DNA of 64,000 nucleotides from an uncultured Candidatus Rokubacteria bacterium. GTDB taxonomy: Bacteria > Methylomirabilota > Methylomirabilia > Rokubacteriales > CSP1-6. The position numbers and the translations under genes are program-made. Every line of letters begins with the position of its first letter. Within the stretch, counting starts at the first letter, position 1. Below are positions 38,409 through 47,138 of this stretch, piece by piece. Below the pieces are notes generated by a model. That model saw only the letters and a program-made list of their open reading frames with translations. It was not told the DNA's origin and ran no database searches. The stretch covers positions 512,001 through 576,000 of the forward strand of contig CAVYTA010000007.1 in assembly GCA_963771355.1 (NCBI GenBank). The letters run 5' to 3'.

Positions 38409-39320
38409 GTGGAAAACTACCTCATCGCGATGGCGACCTTCGCCGGGCTCTACGCCCTCCTCGCGCTCGGCCTCAATCTCGTCTGGGGCATGACGGGGAT
38501 GATCAATCTCGGCCTGGTCGGCTTCTACGCCTTCGGCGCCTACGTCTCGGCGCTCCTCACCAAGAAGGCGGGCTGGCCCATGCCGGCGGGTCTCCTCGCC
38601 GCCATGCTCCTCACCGCGGGGGCGGGCATCCTCATGGCCCTGGTCACCGCGCGGCTGCGCGGCGACTACCTCGCCATCATCACGCTGGGCTTCTCCGAGG
38701 TGGTGCGCATCGTGGCCAGCAACGAGATCTGGCTCACCAACGGCACCGACGGCATCTCGGGCATCCCCGGCCCCTGGCGCGGGCAGGTGAGCCCCGCCGC
38801 CTTCAATCTCATCTTCCTCGTGATCGTGAGCGCGGCGGTGCTGGTGGTCTTCGCCGCCCTCCAGCGCGTGCGTCACTCGCCTTACGGGCGCGTGCTCCGC
38901 GCCATCCGCGACGACGACCAGGTAGCCGCCGTGGCGGGCAAACCGGTGATCGCCTTCAAGGTGGAGGCCTTCGCGGTGAGCGCGGCCGTGCTGGGGCTGG
39001 CGGGCGCGCTCTACGGCCACTACACGTCCTACATCGCCCCGGAGGGTTTCGTGCCGCTCATCTCGATCTATATCGTGCTTGCCCTCACCGCCGGCGGCAC
39101 CGGGAACAATGTCGGCGCGGTGGTGGGCGCCTTCCTGGTGGTGTTCTTCCTGGAGTCCACGCGCTTCCTCACCGGCGGCCTCCCCGGGCTCAAGCCGGTG
39201 CAGGTGGCGGCGGTGCGCGAGTTCCTCATCGGGGCCAGCCTCATCGTGGTGCTGCGCTTTCGGCCGTACGGCCTCATTCCCGAGCGGATCCCGCGCTACG
39301 CAGCGCCGGAGGCCAGGTAA
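38409..39320 (+). CDS. livM: Branched-chain amino acid ABC permease
   Basis: LGLNL.WG.TG, RLRGDYLAIITLGFSE, SPYGRVLRAIRDD, GGTG and RPYGLI. GTG start at 38409. Confidence 0.9.
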   Translation: MENYLIAMATFAGLYALLALGLNLVWGMTGMINLGLVGFYAFGAYVSALLTKKAGWPMPAGLLAAMLLTAGAGILMALVTARLRGDYLAIITLGFSEVVRIVASNEIWLTNGTDGISGIPGPWRGQVSPAAFNLIFLVIVSAAVLVVFAALQRVRHSPYGRVLRAIRDDDQVAAVAGKPVIAFKVEAFAVSAAVLGLAGALYGHYTSYIAPEGFVPLISIYIVLALTAGGTGNNVGAVVGAFLVVFFLESTRFLTGGLPGLKPVQVAAVREFLIGASLIVVLRFRPYGLIPERIPRYAAPEAR

Positions 39321-39820
39321 TGTCCCGCGCGCCGCGCACCGACGCGCTCCCGCATCTTCATGCGGTGGCGGCGGCGCTCGCCCAGCCGGGCCAGCCCGCG
39401 CCGCTGTGGGCCGCGCTGGACCGGGCGCTGGGCGCCGTCATCGGCCACCGGCTCTTCACCGTGCTCCGCTTCCACTCCGACTCGCGCGAATCTGAGCGCT
39501 GCTACACGAACCAGCCGGCCGCCTATCCGGTGGGCGGGAGGAAGCCGTTCACCGAGAGCGCATGGTCGCGCCAGGTCTTCGGCCAGCGCCGACCGTACAT
39601 CGGCCGCTCGGCGGAGGACATCCGCGCGGTGTTCTTCGACCACGCTCTCATCGCCTCGCTGGGCTGCGACTCGGTGCTGAACCTGCCCGTGGTCCACGGG
39701 GGTCGAGTGCTCGGAACCCTCAATCTACTCCACGAGGCCGACTGGTACAGGGAGGAAGACATCGCGAGCGGCTTGCTCTTCGCCGCACTCGCGGTGCCCG
39801 GCTACCTCGCCCTCGGTTAG
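39320..39820 (+). CDS. Stand-alone GAF domain protein
   Basis: GHRLFT, YPVGGRK, FFDH..IASLGC.SVLNLPV and LGTLNLLH; TAATG coupling to livM. Confidence 0.8.
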   Translation: MSRAPRTDALPHLHAVAAALAQPGQPAPLWAALDRALGAVIGHRLFTVLRFHSDSRESERCYTNQPAAYPVGGRKPFTESAWSRQVFGQRRPYIGRSAEDIRAVFFDHALIASLGCDSVLNLPVVHGGRVLGTLNLLHEADWYREEDIASGLLFAALAVPGYLALG

Positions 39821-40040
39821 CCCACCAGCGCCGGCTGCGCCTGGGCCAGCCAGTAGGGCATGTCGAGCGCCCGGGAAAGGGTTAGAATCGACATCGCCAC
39901 CCTCTCCGGGGTGTGCCGACTATTAGCACTGCTAACGTGTTTTTCGCCCCCGCTAACGCTCCGCCGATGGGCACCGGGTACACGTGAGCCATGCGGCCTG
40001 CGCCGCGACAACCTCGGTGGGGTCGAAAGGGAGAGACACC

Positions 40041-41246
40041 ATGCTAAGGCCATGGAAAAGCCCGATGCCCCTCATCTACGCCCTCCTCGCCCTCGTCCTC
40101 GCGGGCGGCTGCGCCCATGAGGGCGGACGTCCCGCCGCCTCGGCGGTCGGGTCTCCGCCGCCGGCGAGTCCCTGGGCGCTGCCGACCTCGACGATGCGCT
40201 GGAACGAGTACGCGTGCGAGCTGATCGCCCGGAACCAGATCGGCCAGGTTCCCTCTGCGCGCACGCTCGCCTACACCAACCTCGCGATCAACAACGCCAT
40301 CGTCACGGCGCGGCCGCAGGGCCGCAAGCCGGACGGTGCCGCCGCCGGTGCCGCCGCCGCCGTCCTGGCCTTTCTGTTCCCGAAGGAGGAGCAGGCCATC
40401 GCCGCCCGCCTGTCCGGCGAGACGGCCGCGCTGGGGGCCGACGCCCGTTCGGACTTCGCGGCCGGGGTCGAGATCGGGCGTGCCGCCGCCGCCAACGTCA
40501 TCGAGGCCGCGAAGAGTGACCGCGTCGCCCTCGCCTGGTCCGGTCCGGCGCCCACCGGTCCGGACAAGTGGGCCAGCCAGATGCAGCCGCCCCGCCCGCC
40601 GCTCGGGCCGCGCCTGGGCGAAATGCGACCGTTCTTCATGACGACCGGCTCGGACTTTCGCACGGCGGGGCCCCCCGCCGCCGGCTCACCGGCGTTCCGC
40701 GCGGCGCTGGCGGAGGTGCGCGCGGTCTCGGACAAGCGGACCAACGAGCAGCTGCGGATCGCCCAGTACTGGGAGAATCTCACCGGCGCATTCGCGGCCG
40801 GCGCCTGGAACGACGTCGCCCGCAGTGCTATCTCGGCGCGCGGGCTCACCGAGCCCGAGTCCGCGCGGGTTCTCGCGATGGTGCACATGGTCGCGGTAGA
40901 CGCGGTCATCGCCTGCCACGACTCGAAATACACCTACTGGGTGCCGCGGCCGACGCAGGTCGATCCGGGGATCCGCTTGACGATCGGTCTACCGAACCAC
41001 CCGTCCTATCCGAGCAACCACGCCTGCATCTCCGGGGCGATTGGCCTCATCCTGGACTCTCAGCTCCGCGATCAGGGGGGTCGCTACTCCGCCATGGGCC
41101 GGCAAGCCGGCGAATCGCGGATCTACTCCGGGATCCACTACCGCTTCGACGTCGACGATGGATTCGTCATCGCGCGCAAGGTGTCGGCGCGCGCCCTCGA
41201 GGTGGGGATTCCCACCGATCGGCCATTCGTGCCGCTCGGGCGCTGA
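40041..41246 (+). CDS. Vanadium-dependent haloperoxidase / PAP2 acid phosphatase superfamily lipoprotein
   Basis: Lipobox LAGGC; active-site motifs KYTYWVPRP, HPSYPSNH and SRIYSGIHYRFD. Confidence 0.85.
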   Translation: MLRPWKSPMPLIYALLALVLAGGCAHEGGRPAASAVGSPPPASPWALPTSTMRWNEYACELIARNQIGQVPSARTLAYTNLAINNAIVTARPQGRKPDGAAAGAAAAVLAFLFPKEEQAIAARLSGETAALGADARSDFAAGVEIGRAAAANVIEAAKSDRVALAWSGPAPTGPDKWASQMQPPRPPLGPRLGEMRPFFMTTGSDFRTAGPPAAGSPAFRAALAEVRAVSDKRTNEQLRIAQYWENLTGAFAAGAWNDVARSAISARGLTEPESARVLAMVHMVAVDAVIACHDSKYTYWVPRPTQVDPGIRLTIGLPNHPSYPSNHACISGAIGLILDSQLRDQGGRYSAMGRQAGESRIYSGIHYRFDVDDGFVIARKVSARALEVGIPTDRPFVPLGR

Positions 41247-41254
41247 GGCTCAGC

Positions 41255-41590
41255 TCACACGAGCGGCACGTAGTCGTACTCGCCGATGCCCTGGAGCACG
41301 AGGAAGGTCGCCGACCTCTCGCCGGCATTGGTGACGAGGTGCGGCCGTCCGGGCCGGACGCTATAGGTCTCGCCCGGCGCCAGGCGCACGTCTTCCTTGG
41401 GGTCGCGGAGGAATAGTCGCAGCCGTCCCTCCAGCACGTAGAAGGTGTCCTGGATATTGGTGTGCGAGTGCCAGGGCACCTGCTGGGTCGGCGAGAGCTG
41501 GAGCTCCGAGATCCGGAAGCCCGGCCGCTCCGCGTGGCGCGCGCGCCGCTCGACCTCGTAGAGATGGCTGGAGTCCTTGACGGCGTCCAT
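41255..41590 (-). CDS. Cupin domain protein
   Basis: VPWHSH...DTFYVLEG and PGE...V.PGRPH.V.N; RBS AAGGAGG. Confidence 0.88.
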   Translation of the reverse strand: MDAVKDSSHLYEVERRARHAERPGFRISELQLSPTQQVPWHSHTNIQDTFYVLEGRLRLFLRDPKEDVRLAPGETYSVRPGRPHLVTNAGERSATFLVLQGIGEYDYVPLV

Positions 41591-41614
41591 GATGTCCTCC
41601 TTATGACGTTCGGG

Positions 41615-42094
41615 TCACAGCCATGAACATCCATCACCGTCGGGCCCCGAAAATTGCTTACAGTACCAACAATGTTCACTGTTTCGGTTAGCTCTACAAT
41701 CTTTCTCCAGTTCACCCATTGCCTTTACAACACACTCAAGATCCTCCTCACACGCTATTAATTTCCTTAGATATTGCTCTCGAGTCAAAGCGACGACACC
41801 GCTAGGATCAACAGTGTTTAGATTAAATCCATCGACATACATATTGCCAAGCCGACCCTTGCTACTTACTGTATAGAATATTTTGAGATTTTTATTATTA
41901 GACGTGAGGGTTAATTTTCGAACCTTGTACGTTCCATCTGGTCTGCCTTTCAAACCTAGAGGGATCGTTACTTGAGGAGGCACTCTCCCGTTAAAAAACT
42001 CACGAGCTAAAACCTCGGATTCAGACAGGGACACTCTGTAAGTACAGCTAGTAAGCGAAAAGAGAAGTATCAATAAGCCGATTGTTTGTGTCAT
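41615..42094 (-). CDS. Hypothetical low-GC lipoprotein with Cys-rich C-terminus
   Basis: 159 aa ORF open across AT-rich DNA; RBS AAGGGAGG; hydrophobic N-terminus ending in lipobox LTSC; six further Cys in the last about 45 aa. Confidence 0.7.
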   Translation of the reverse strand: MTQTIGLLILLFSLTSCTYRVSLSESEVLAREFFNGRVPPQVTIPLGLKGRPDGTYKVRKLTLTSNNKNLKIFYTVSSKGRLGNMYVDGFNLNTVDPSGVVALTREQYLRKLIACEEDLECVVKAMGELEKDCRANRNSEHCWYCKQFSGPDGDGCSWL

Positions 42095-42208
42095 CTCGCC
42101 GATCCTCCCTTACCCGCCTCCGCCCGTCAACTCTTCTTGATGGGCAGCAACCGGAAGGCATATCACTGAGTTCCAGAAAGACTAAATCTTTCGATATAGA
42201 ATGTCGCG

Positions 42209-42973
42209 GTGGACCGGGTCCTGGACACCATGGTCGAGGCGGCGCGCGCGGGCGGCGCCATCGCCCGCGCGCGCTTCACGCGCGGCTTCGCCGTCTCGAT
42301 CAAGGGCGACGGGTCGCCGGTGACCGAGGCCGACCGCGAGGCGGAGGCCGCCATCGCCCGCGTGCTCGGCGCCGCGTTCCCTGGCCACGGCTGGCTGGGC
42401 GAGGAGACCGGCGGCCGCGGGCCGGACGATCGCCGCTTCATCGTGGACCCCATCGACGGCACCCGGAACTTCGTGGCCGGGATCCCCTTCTGGGCCACGC
42501 TCGTCGCCCTCGAGGAAGCCGGCGTGTCCACCGCCGGCGTCGTCTTCCAGCCCCTCACCGGGGACCTCCACGTGGCGCGGCGCGGAGGCGGCGCCTTTCT
42601 CAACGGTCGCCCCATCCGCGTCTCCACCCTGGACGCGCTCGCGCGCGGGACGCTGCTGCACGGCTCGCTCGACGTCATTCGACGCGCGGGGGTCTGGGAT
42701 GGGTTCGTTCGCCTCGTGGACAGCACGCCCATGCAGCGCGGCTTCGGCGATTTCCTCTCCTTCACCACGGTGGCGGAAGGGAAGGGCGAGGTGGCGCTCA
42801 CGCCCAGCGTCAAGCCCTGGGACCTCGCCGCGCTGCGCCTCCTCATCGAGGAGGCGGGCGGCGCCTTCTCCGACTTCGAGGGCAAGCCCACGATCTATTC
42901 CGGCACCGCCTTTGCCACCAACGGCGTGCTGCACGCCACCGCGCTGGCCCACTTTCGAGGAGATCGCCCATGA
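42209..42973 (+). CDS. Inositol monophosphatase family protein (histidinol-phosphatase HisN-like)
   Basis: K.DGSPVTEAD, GEE, DPIDGT.NF, RGFGDF, WDLAA and EEAGG. Confidence 0.9.
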   Translation: MDRVLDTMVEAARAGGAIARARFTRGFAVSIKGDGSPVTEADREAEAAIARVLGAAFPGHGWLGEETGGRGPDDRRFIVDPIDGTRNFVAGIPFWATLVALEEAGVSTAGVVFQPLTGDLHVARRGGGAFLNGRPIRVSTLDALARGTLLHGSLDVIRRAGVWDGFVRLVDSTPMQRGFGDFLSFTTVAEGKGEVALTPSVKPWDLAALRLLIEEAGGAFSDFEGKPTIYSGTAFATNGVLHATALAHFRGDRP

Positions 42974-44031
42974 CGCGCATCGCCGAGCTCGACACTCCCG
43001 TCGTCACCATCCGCCTCGACGTGATGGAGGCCAATATCCGCCGTGTGCAGGCGCGACTGAGCGCACTCGGCGTGGGCAACCGCCCCCACATCAAGACCCA
43101 CAAGATCCCCGCCATCGGCAAGCAGCAGATGGCGGCGGGGGCGATGGGCATCACCTGCCAGAAGCTGGGAGAGGTGGAGGTGTTCGCCGACGCGGGCGTG
43201 GCGGACGACGTGCTCCTCTCCTACAACATCCTCGGCGCGGCCAAGGCCGAGCGGCTCATGGCGGCCAACCGCCGCATCAAGCGGCTCACCGTGTCGCTCG
43301 ACAACGAGGTGGTGGCGCGCGGGCTCTCCGAGGCGGCGGAGCGCGCCGGCCAGGACCTCCGCTTCGTGGTGGAGTGCGACACCGGCATGGGTCGCACCGG
43401 CGTGCAGACGCCGGTGCAGGCCTTCGAGCTCGCGCGGACGGCCATGCGGCTGCCGCGGCTGCAGTTCCAGGGCATCATGACCTTTCCCAGCAAGGATCCC
43501 GACACGGGCGTGTTCTTCGGGGCGGCCCTCGGGCTCTTCCGCGAGGCGGGCATCCCGGTGCCCATGGTGTCCGGCGGCGGTACGCCGGCGCTGGCCACGG
43601 TGGAGCGGTTCCCGATGCTCACCGAGCACCGCGCGGGCACCTGCGTGTTCAACGATGCCATGGTGGTGTCCACCGGCACCGCGGGCTGGGACGACTGCGC
43701 GATGCGCGTGCGCGCCACCGTGGTGAGCCGGCCCACTCCCGAGCGCGCGGTGCTGGACGCGGGCTCCAAGGTCCTCACCTCCGACCAGTACTTCATGAAG
43801 GGCTTCGGTCACGTGATGGAGTATCCGGAGGCGGCCGTCATTCATCTTTCCGAGGAGCACGCGGTGGTGGATCTCACCGCCTGTCCCGAGCGACCGAAGG
43901 TGGGGGACGTGGTGCAGGTGGTGCCGAACCATTGCTGCGTGGTCTCCAACATGGTGGACGAGCTGCACGGCGTGCGGGGCGAGACGGTGGAAGTGGTCTG
44001 GCCGGTCGCCGCGCGCGGCCGCGTGCGCTAG
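42970..44031 (+). CDS. Fold-type III PLP enzyme, D-threonine aldolase / DSD1 family
   Basis: RPHIKTHK (PLP Lys), GRTGV, SGGGTP, EHRAG...FND, DAGSK, SEEH and PNHCC; ATGA overlap. Confidence 0.9.
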   Translation: MTRIAELDTPVVTIRLDVMEANIRRVQARLSALGVGNRPHIKTHKIPAIGKQQMAAGAMGITCQKLGEVEVFADAGVADDVLLSYNILGAAKAERLMAANRRIKRLTVSLDNEVVARGLSEAAERAGQDLRFVVECDTGMGRTGVQTPVQAFELARTAMRLPRLQFQGIMTFPSKDPDTGVFFGAALGLFREAGIPVPMVSGGGTPALATVERFPMLTEHRAGTCVFNDAMVVSTGTAGWDDCAMRVRATVVSRPTPERAVLDAGSKVLTSDQYFMKGFGHVMEYPEAAVIHLSEEHAVVDLTACPERPKVGDVVQVVPNHCCVVSNMVDELHGVRGETVEVVWPVAARGRVR

Positions 44032-44039
44032 GCGGCCGC

Positions 44040-45662
44040 ATGCCGCGCACCGGCGCGATGCTGCTCGTGGATGCGCTGGTGGAGGCGGGCGTGGGCCCGC
44101 TCTTCTCCCTGTCCGGCAACCAGATCCTCTCCGTCTACGACGCGACCATCGGCCGGCCCCTGCCCATCGTCCACACGCGCCACGAGGCGGGCGCCGTCCA
44201 CATGGCCGATGCCTGGGGACGGCTCACGGAGACGCCCGGCGTGGCGCTGGTGACGGCCGGCCCGGGGCACCTCAACGCCGTGTCCGCGCTCTATGGCGCG
44301 CTCATGTCGGAGTCGCCCATGGTCTTGCTTTCGGGGCATGCGCCGCGCGGGCAAGCGGGGCGCGGCGCGTTTCAGGAGATGGATCAGGTGGGCGCGGCGC
44401 GCCCGGTGACCAAGGCGGCCTGGCGCGTGGAGGACGCCGCGCACATGGGCGTGGAGGTGACGCGCGCGCTGGCGATCGCCGCCGCCGGCCGGCCGGGCCC
44501 CGTGCATCTGAGCCTGCCCGGCGATCTCCTCGAGGCGACCGTCGCCGACGGCCCGGTCTCGGCCCCCTCCATCGGCGCGGTGGCTGCGTCCGCCGTCGCC
44601 GACGCCACCCTCGCCCAGATCCTCGGTCTCCTCGCGGGCGCGCGGCGCCCGCTCATCGTGCTCGGCCCCGCCATGGCGCGTCCGGCCCGGGCCGCCGCGG
44701 TGGCCGCGCTCACGCGCGCGACGGGCATCCCCGCTCTGCCGGTGGAGAGCCCGCGGGGGCTCAACGATCCCTGGCTTCACTCGGCGGCGAACACGTTCGC
44801 CGAGGCGGACGTCGTGCTCCTGCTCGGCAAGCGGCTCGACTACGGTATCCGGTTCGGCGACGCGGGCGTCTTCGCGGCCGACCGGCGCATCATCCAGGTG
44901 GACTGGGAGTCGTCCGCGCTCGCGAGCGACGCCCGCGTGGCCCTGTCCGTCGTGGAAGATCCGGCGCACATGGCGGAGCGTCTGGCCGCTGCCGCCGCGT
45001 CGCGCCAGTGGAAGCATGCGGCCTGGGGCGACGAGGTGCGCGCCGCGCGCGCCGCGGTTCCCACGAGCTGGATGGCGCTCCGCGACGCCACCGCGCGTCC
45101 GATTCACCCGCTGCGGGTCTGCGCGGCGCTCCAGCCCTATCTCGACCGCGGCGCCATCCTGGTGGCCGACGGCGGCGAGTTCGGGCAATGGGTGCAGGCG
45201 GGCTGCGAGGCGGGCACGCGCCTCATCAATGGGCCGTCCGGCTCCATCGGCAGCGCCCTTCCCATGGCGCTGGGCGCCCGGGCCGCGCATCCCGATCGCG
45301 TCGTCATCGCCGCGCTGGGTGACGGCACCTTCGGCTTTCACGCCTTCGAGCTCGACACCGCCGCGCGGCACGGCCTGCCTGTGATCGCGGTGGTAGGGAA
45401 CGACGCGCGCTGGAACGCCGAGCATCAGCTGCAGCTCCAGCACTACGGCGCCGAGCGCACGGTGGGCTGCGAGCTCTTGCCGACTCGCTACGACCAGGTG
45501 GCGACGGCCTTGGGCGCGCATGGCGAGCACGTGGAGTATCCAGGAGACCTCGACGCCGCCCTGGCGCGCTCGGTGGCGTCCGGCCGGCCGGCCGTGATCA
45601 ACGTGGCGATCGATGGCGTGCCCGCGCCGACGTACCGCAAGTCGTCCGCTGGCGTCCACTAG
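44040..45662 (+). CDS. Thiamine pyrophosphate-binding enzyme (acetolactate synthase / 2-hydroxyacyl-CoA lyase-like)
   Basis: RHEAGAVHMADA, TAGPG, GRPGPVHL, DGGEF and the TPP motif GDGTFGF...N. Confidence 0.9.
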   Translation: MPRTGAMLLVDALVEAGVGPLFSLSGNQILSVYDATIGRPLPIVHTRHEAGAVHMADAWGRLTETPGVALVTAGPGHLNAVSALYGALMSESPMVLLSGHAPRGQAGRGAFQEMDQVGAARPVTKAAWRVEDAAHMGVEVTRALAIAAAGRPGPVHLSLPGDLLEATVADGPVSAPSIGAVAASAVADATLAQILGLLAGARRPLIVLGPAMARPARAAAVAALTRATGIPALPVESPRGLNDPWLHSAANTFAEADVVLLLGKRLDYGIRFGDAGVFAADRRIIQVDWESSALASDARVALSVVEDPAHMAERLAAAAASRQWKHAAWGDEVRAARAAVPTSWMALRDATARPIHPLRVCAALQPYLDRGAILVADGGEFGQWVQAGCEAGTRLINGPSGSIGSALPMALGARAAHPDRVVIAALGDGTFGFHAFELDTAARHGLPVIAVVGNDARWNAEHQLQLQHYGAERTVGCELLPTRYDQVATALGAHGEHVEYPGDLDAALARSVASGRPAVINVAIDGVPAPTYRKSSAGVH

Positions 45663-45665
45663 AAT

Positions 45666-45824
45666 CGGCGAGCGCGGCCGGGGCGGCCCCCGGGTTTCCG
45701 AGACCCATTTCCCGAAGACGGCCATCGGACGCGACCCGCCCGGATGGAGCCCAGCCGCGGAGGGTAGCGCGCACGCGTGCCTTGTGGTCGCGGAACCCGG
45801 GGGCCGCCCCGGCCGCACTCGCCG
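45666..45824. repeat. MITE/REPIN-like element with about 39 bp terminal inverted repeats
   Basis: Left arm CGGCGAGCGCGGCCGGGGCGGCCCCCGGGTTTCCGAGACC (45666-45705) pairs with right arm GGTCGCGGAACCCGGGGGCCGCCCCGGCCGCACTCGCCG (45786-45824), with 2 mismatches and 1 indel. The spacer is 80 bp. Confidence 0.7.
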
Positions 45825-45859
45825 CCGCGAGTCCGACAGCGAGCGAGCGGGGGAATGGA

Positions 45860-45890
45860 GCTAGCGCGCGAGCTTCGCGGGCGCGCTAGC
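45860..45890. terminator. GC-rich hairpin between convergent genes (possible terminator or processing site)
   Basis: GCTAGCGCGC-N11-GCGCGCTAGC forms a perfect 10 bp stem overlapping the oxidoreductase stop codon. No U-tract is present. Confidence 0.4.
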
Positions 45891-47073
45891 GGGAGACGGT
45901 CAGGCGTTCGCGGCCGTAGTTGTCGGGGTCCACCCAGGGCTTGCCCTCGGCGAAGCGCGTGGAGCGGAAGGGCGTGAGATCCATCAGCGCGGGCTTGCCC
46001 TGGACGACCCACTCGGCGAGACAGCGGCCGATGGCGGGGGAGGTCTTGAAGGAGGTGCCGGAATCGCCCAGCATGACCCAGAGACCCGGGACCGAGGGGA
46101 TCTGGTCGATGATGGGGCGCCCGTCGGCGGACATCATGATCATTCCCGCCCAGCCGCCGCGCATGGGCGCGTCCGCGAAGGCCGGCAGGCGCGCCGAGAG
46201 CTTCTCGCGGCACAGCGCCACGTAGTCGGGGTCCACGCCCTCCGCGAACTTTTCCGGGTCGCCGTGCGAGGCGCCCAGCTCCACGCCGATCAGGGTCGAC
46301 GCCGCGCCTTCCGGCCGTATCCAGGCCTCGTGCGTGTCATCGCTGATCACGCAGTGCCGCCGCGTCATGCCGGCGGGCCAGCGGAAGATCGACACCTGGA
46401 TGCGGAAGGGCGAGAGCGGGTAGGCGAGACCGAGCGGCTCGAGCAGCGGCGCCGCCCAGGCACCCGGCACCAGCACCACCGCCGGCGTCTCGATGCGTCC
46501 GGCGGCCGTCTCCACCGCGACCACCTTCCCGCGCTCGGTCACGATGCGCGTCGCCTCACAGTGCGTGATGATCTCGGCTCCCTGCCGCCGAGCGGCTTCC
46601 GCGAGGGAATACGTGGTCGCGTTGGGATCGGCATAGCCGGAATCCGCCTCGTAGGCGGCGGCGCCCACGTCTTCGAGCACGCTGCCGGGGAGGATCTCGC
46701 GCACTTCCTCGGGCGTGACCACGCGGGTATTGATCCCGATCTTCTGCTGCACGGCGACGTTGCGCGCCAGCCGCTCGGCATGGCCGCGGGCCACCAGCTT
46801 GAGATAGCCGATGCGCTCGAAGCCGCAGTCGCCACCCACCCGGTTCTGCCAGTCGTGGAAGACCTTGAGGCTCTCGTGAGCCAGCCGGGACTCGTGCTCG
46901 TTGGTGTAGTGCATGCGCACCAGGGAGCCGGACTTGCCGGAGGCCCCGGCGGCCAGGTGTCGCCGCTCCACCAGCACCACGCGCTTCACCCCGAGCCCGG
47001 CCAGGTGAAAGGCCGTGCTCGCTCCGTTCACGCCTCCGCCGATCACCACGACGTCCGCGGTCTTATTGGTCAT
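45886..47073 (-). CDS. FAD-dependent oxidoreductase, DAO / sarcosine oxidase beta family
   Basis: DVVVIGGGVNG, GASGKSG, GAW, WAG...SADGRPII and G.SG.SFK.SPAIG. ATG at 47073. Confidence 0.9.
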   Translation of the reverse strand: MTNKTADVVVIGGGVNGASTAFHLAGLGVKRVVLVERRHLAAGASGKSGSLVRMHYTNEHESRLAHESLKVFHDWQNRVGGDCGFERIGYLKLVARGHAERLARNVAVQQKIGINTRVVTPEEVREILPGSVLEDVGAAAYEADSGYADPNATTYSLAEAARRQGAEIITHCEATRIVTERGKVVAVETAAGRIETPAVVLVPGAWAAPLLEPLGLAYPLSPFRIQVSIFRWPAGMTRRHCVISDDTHEAWIRPEGAASTLIGVELGASHGDPEKFAEGVDPDYVALCREKLSARLPAFADAPMRGGWAGMIMMSADGRPIIDQIPSVPGLWVMLGDSGTSFKTSPAIGRCLAEWVVQGKPALMDLTPFRSTRFAEGKPWVDPDNYGRERLTVSR

Positions 47074-47109
47074 GGGATCTAGTCCTCTTTTCGCCGGATT
47101 CTCGCATGC

Positions 47110-47138
47110 TTGACAGGGAGAGGGGAAGGCCCTATAAA
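47110..47138 (+). promoter_or_regulatory. Near-consensus sigma-70 promoter for the second Dpp operon
   Basis: TTGACA-N17-TATAAA, followed by a leader of about 100 nt and RBS TAAGGAGG. Confidence 0.7.

Noticed and set aside
39923..39935. CIRCE (HrcA) element
   Set aside because: It shares TTAGCAC/TGCTAA ends but lacks the TTAGCACTC-N9-GAGTGCTAA length and spacing, and the downstream gene is not a chaperone.
41590..42200. Integron cassette or IS-borne origin for the low-GC gene
   Set aside because: No attC-like RYYYAAC...GTTRRRY palindrome, terminal inverted repeats or target duplication could be found by eye.
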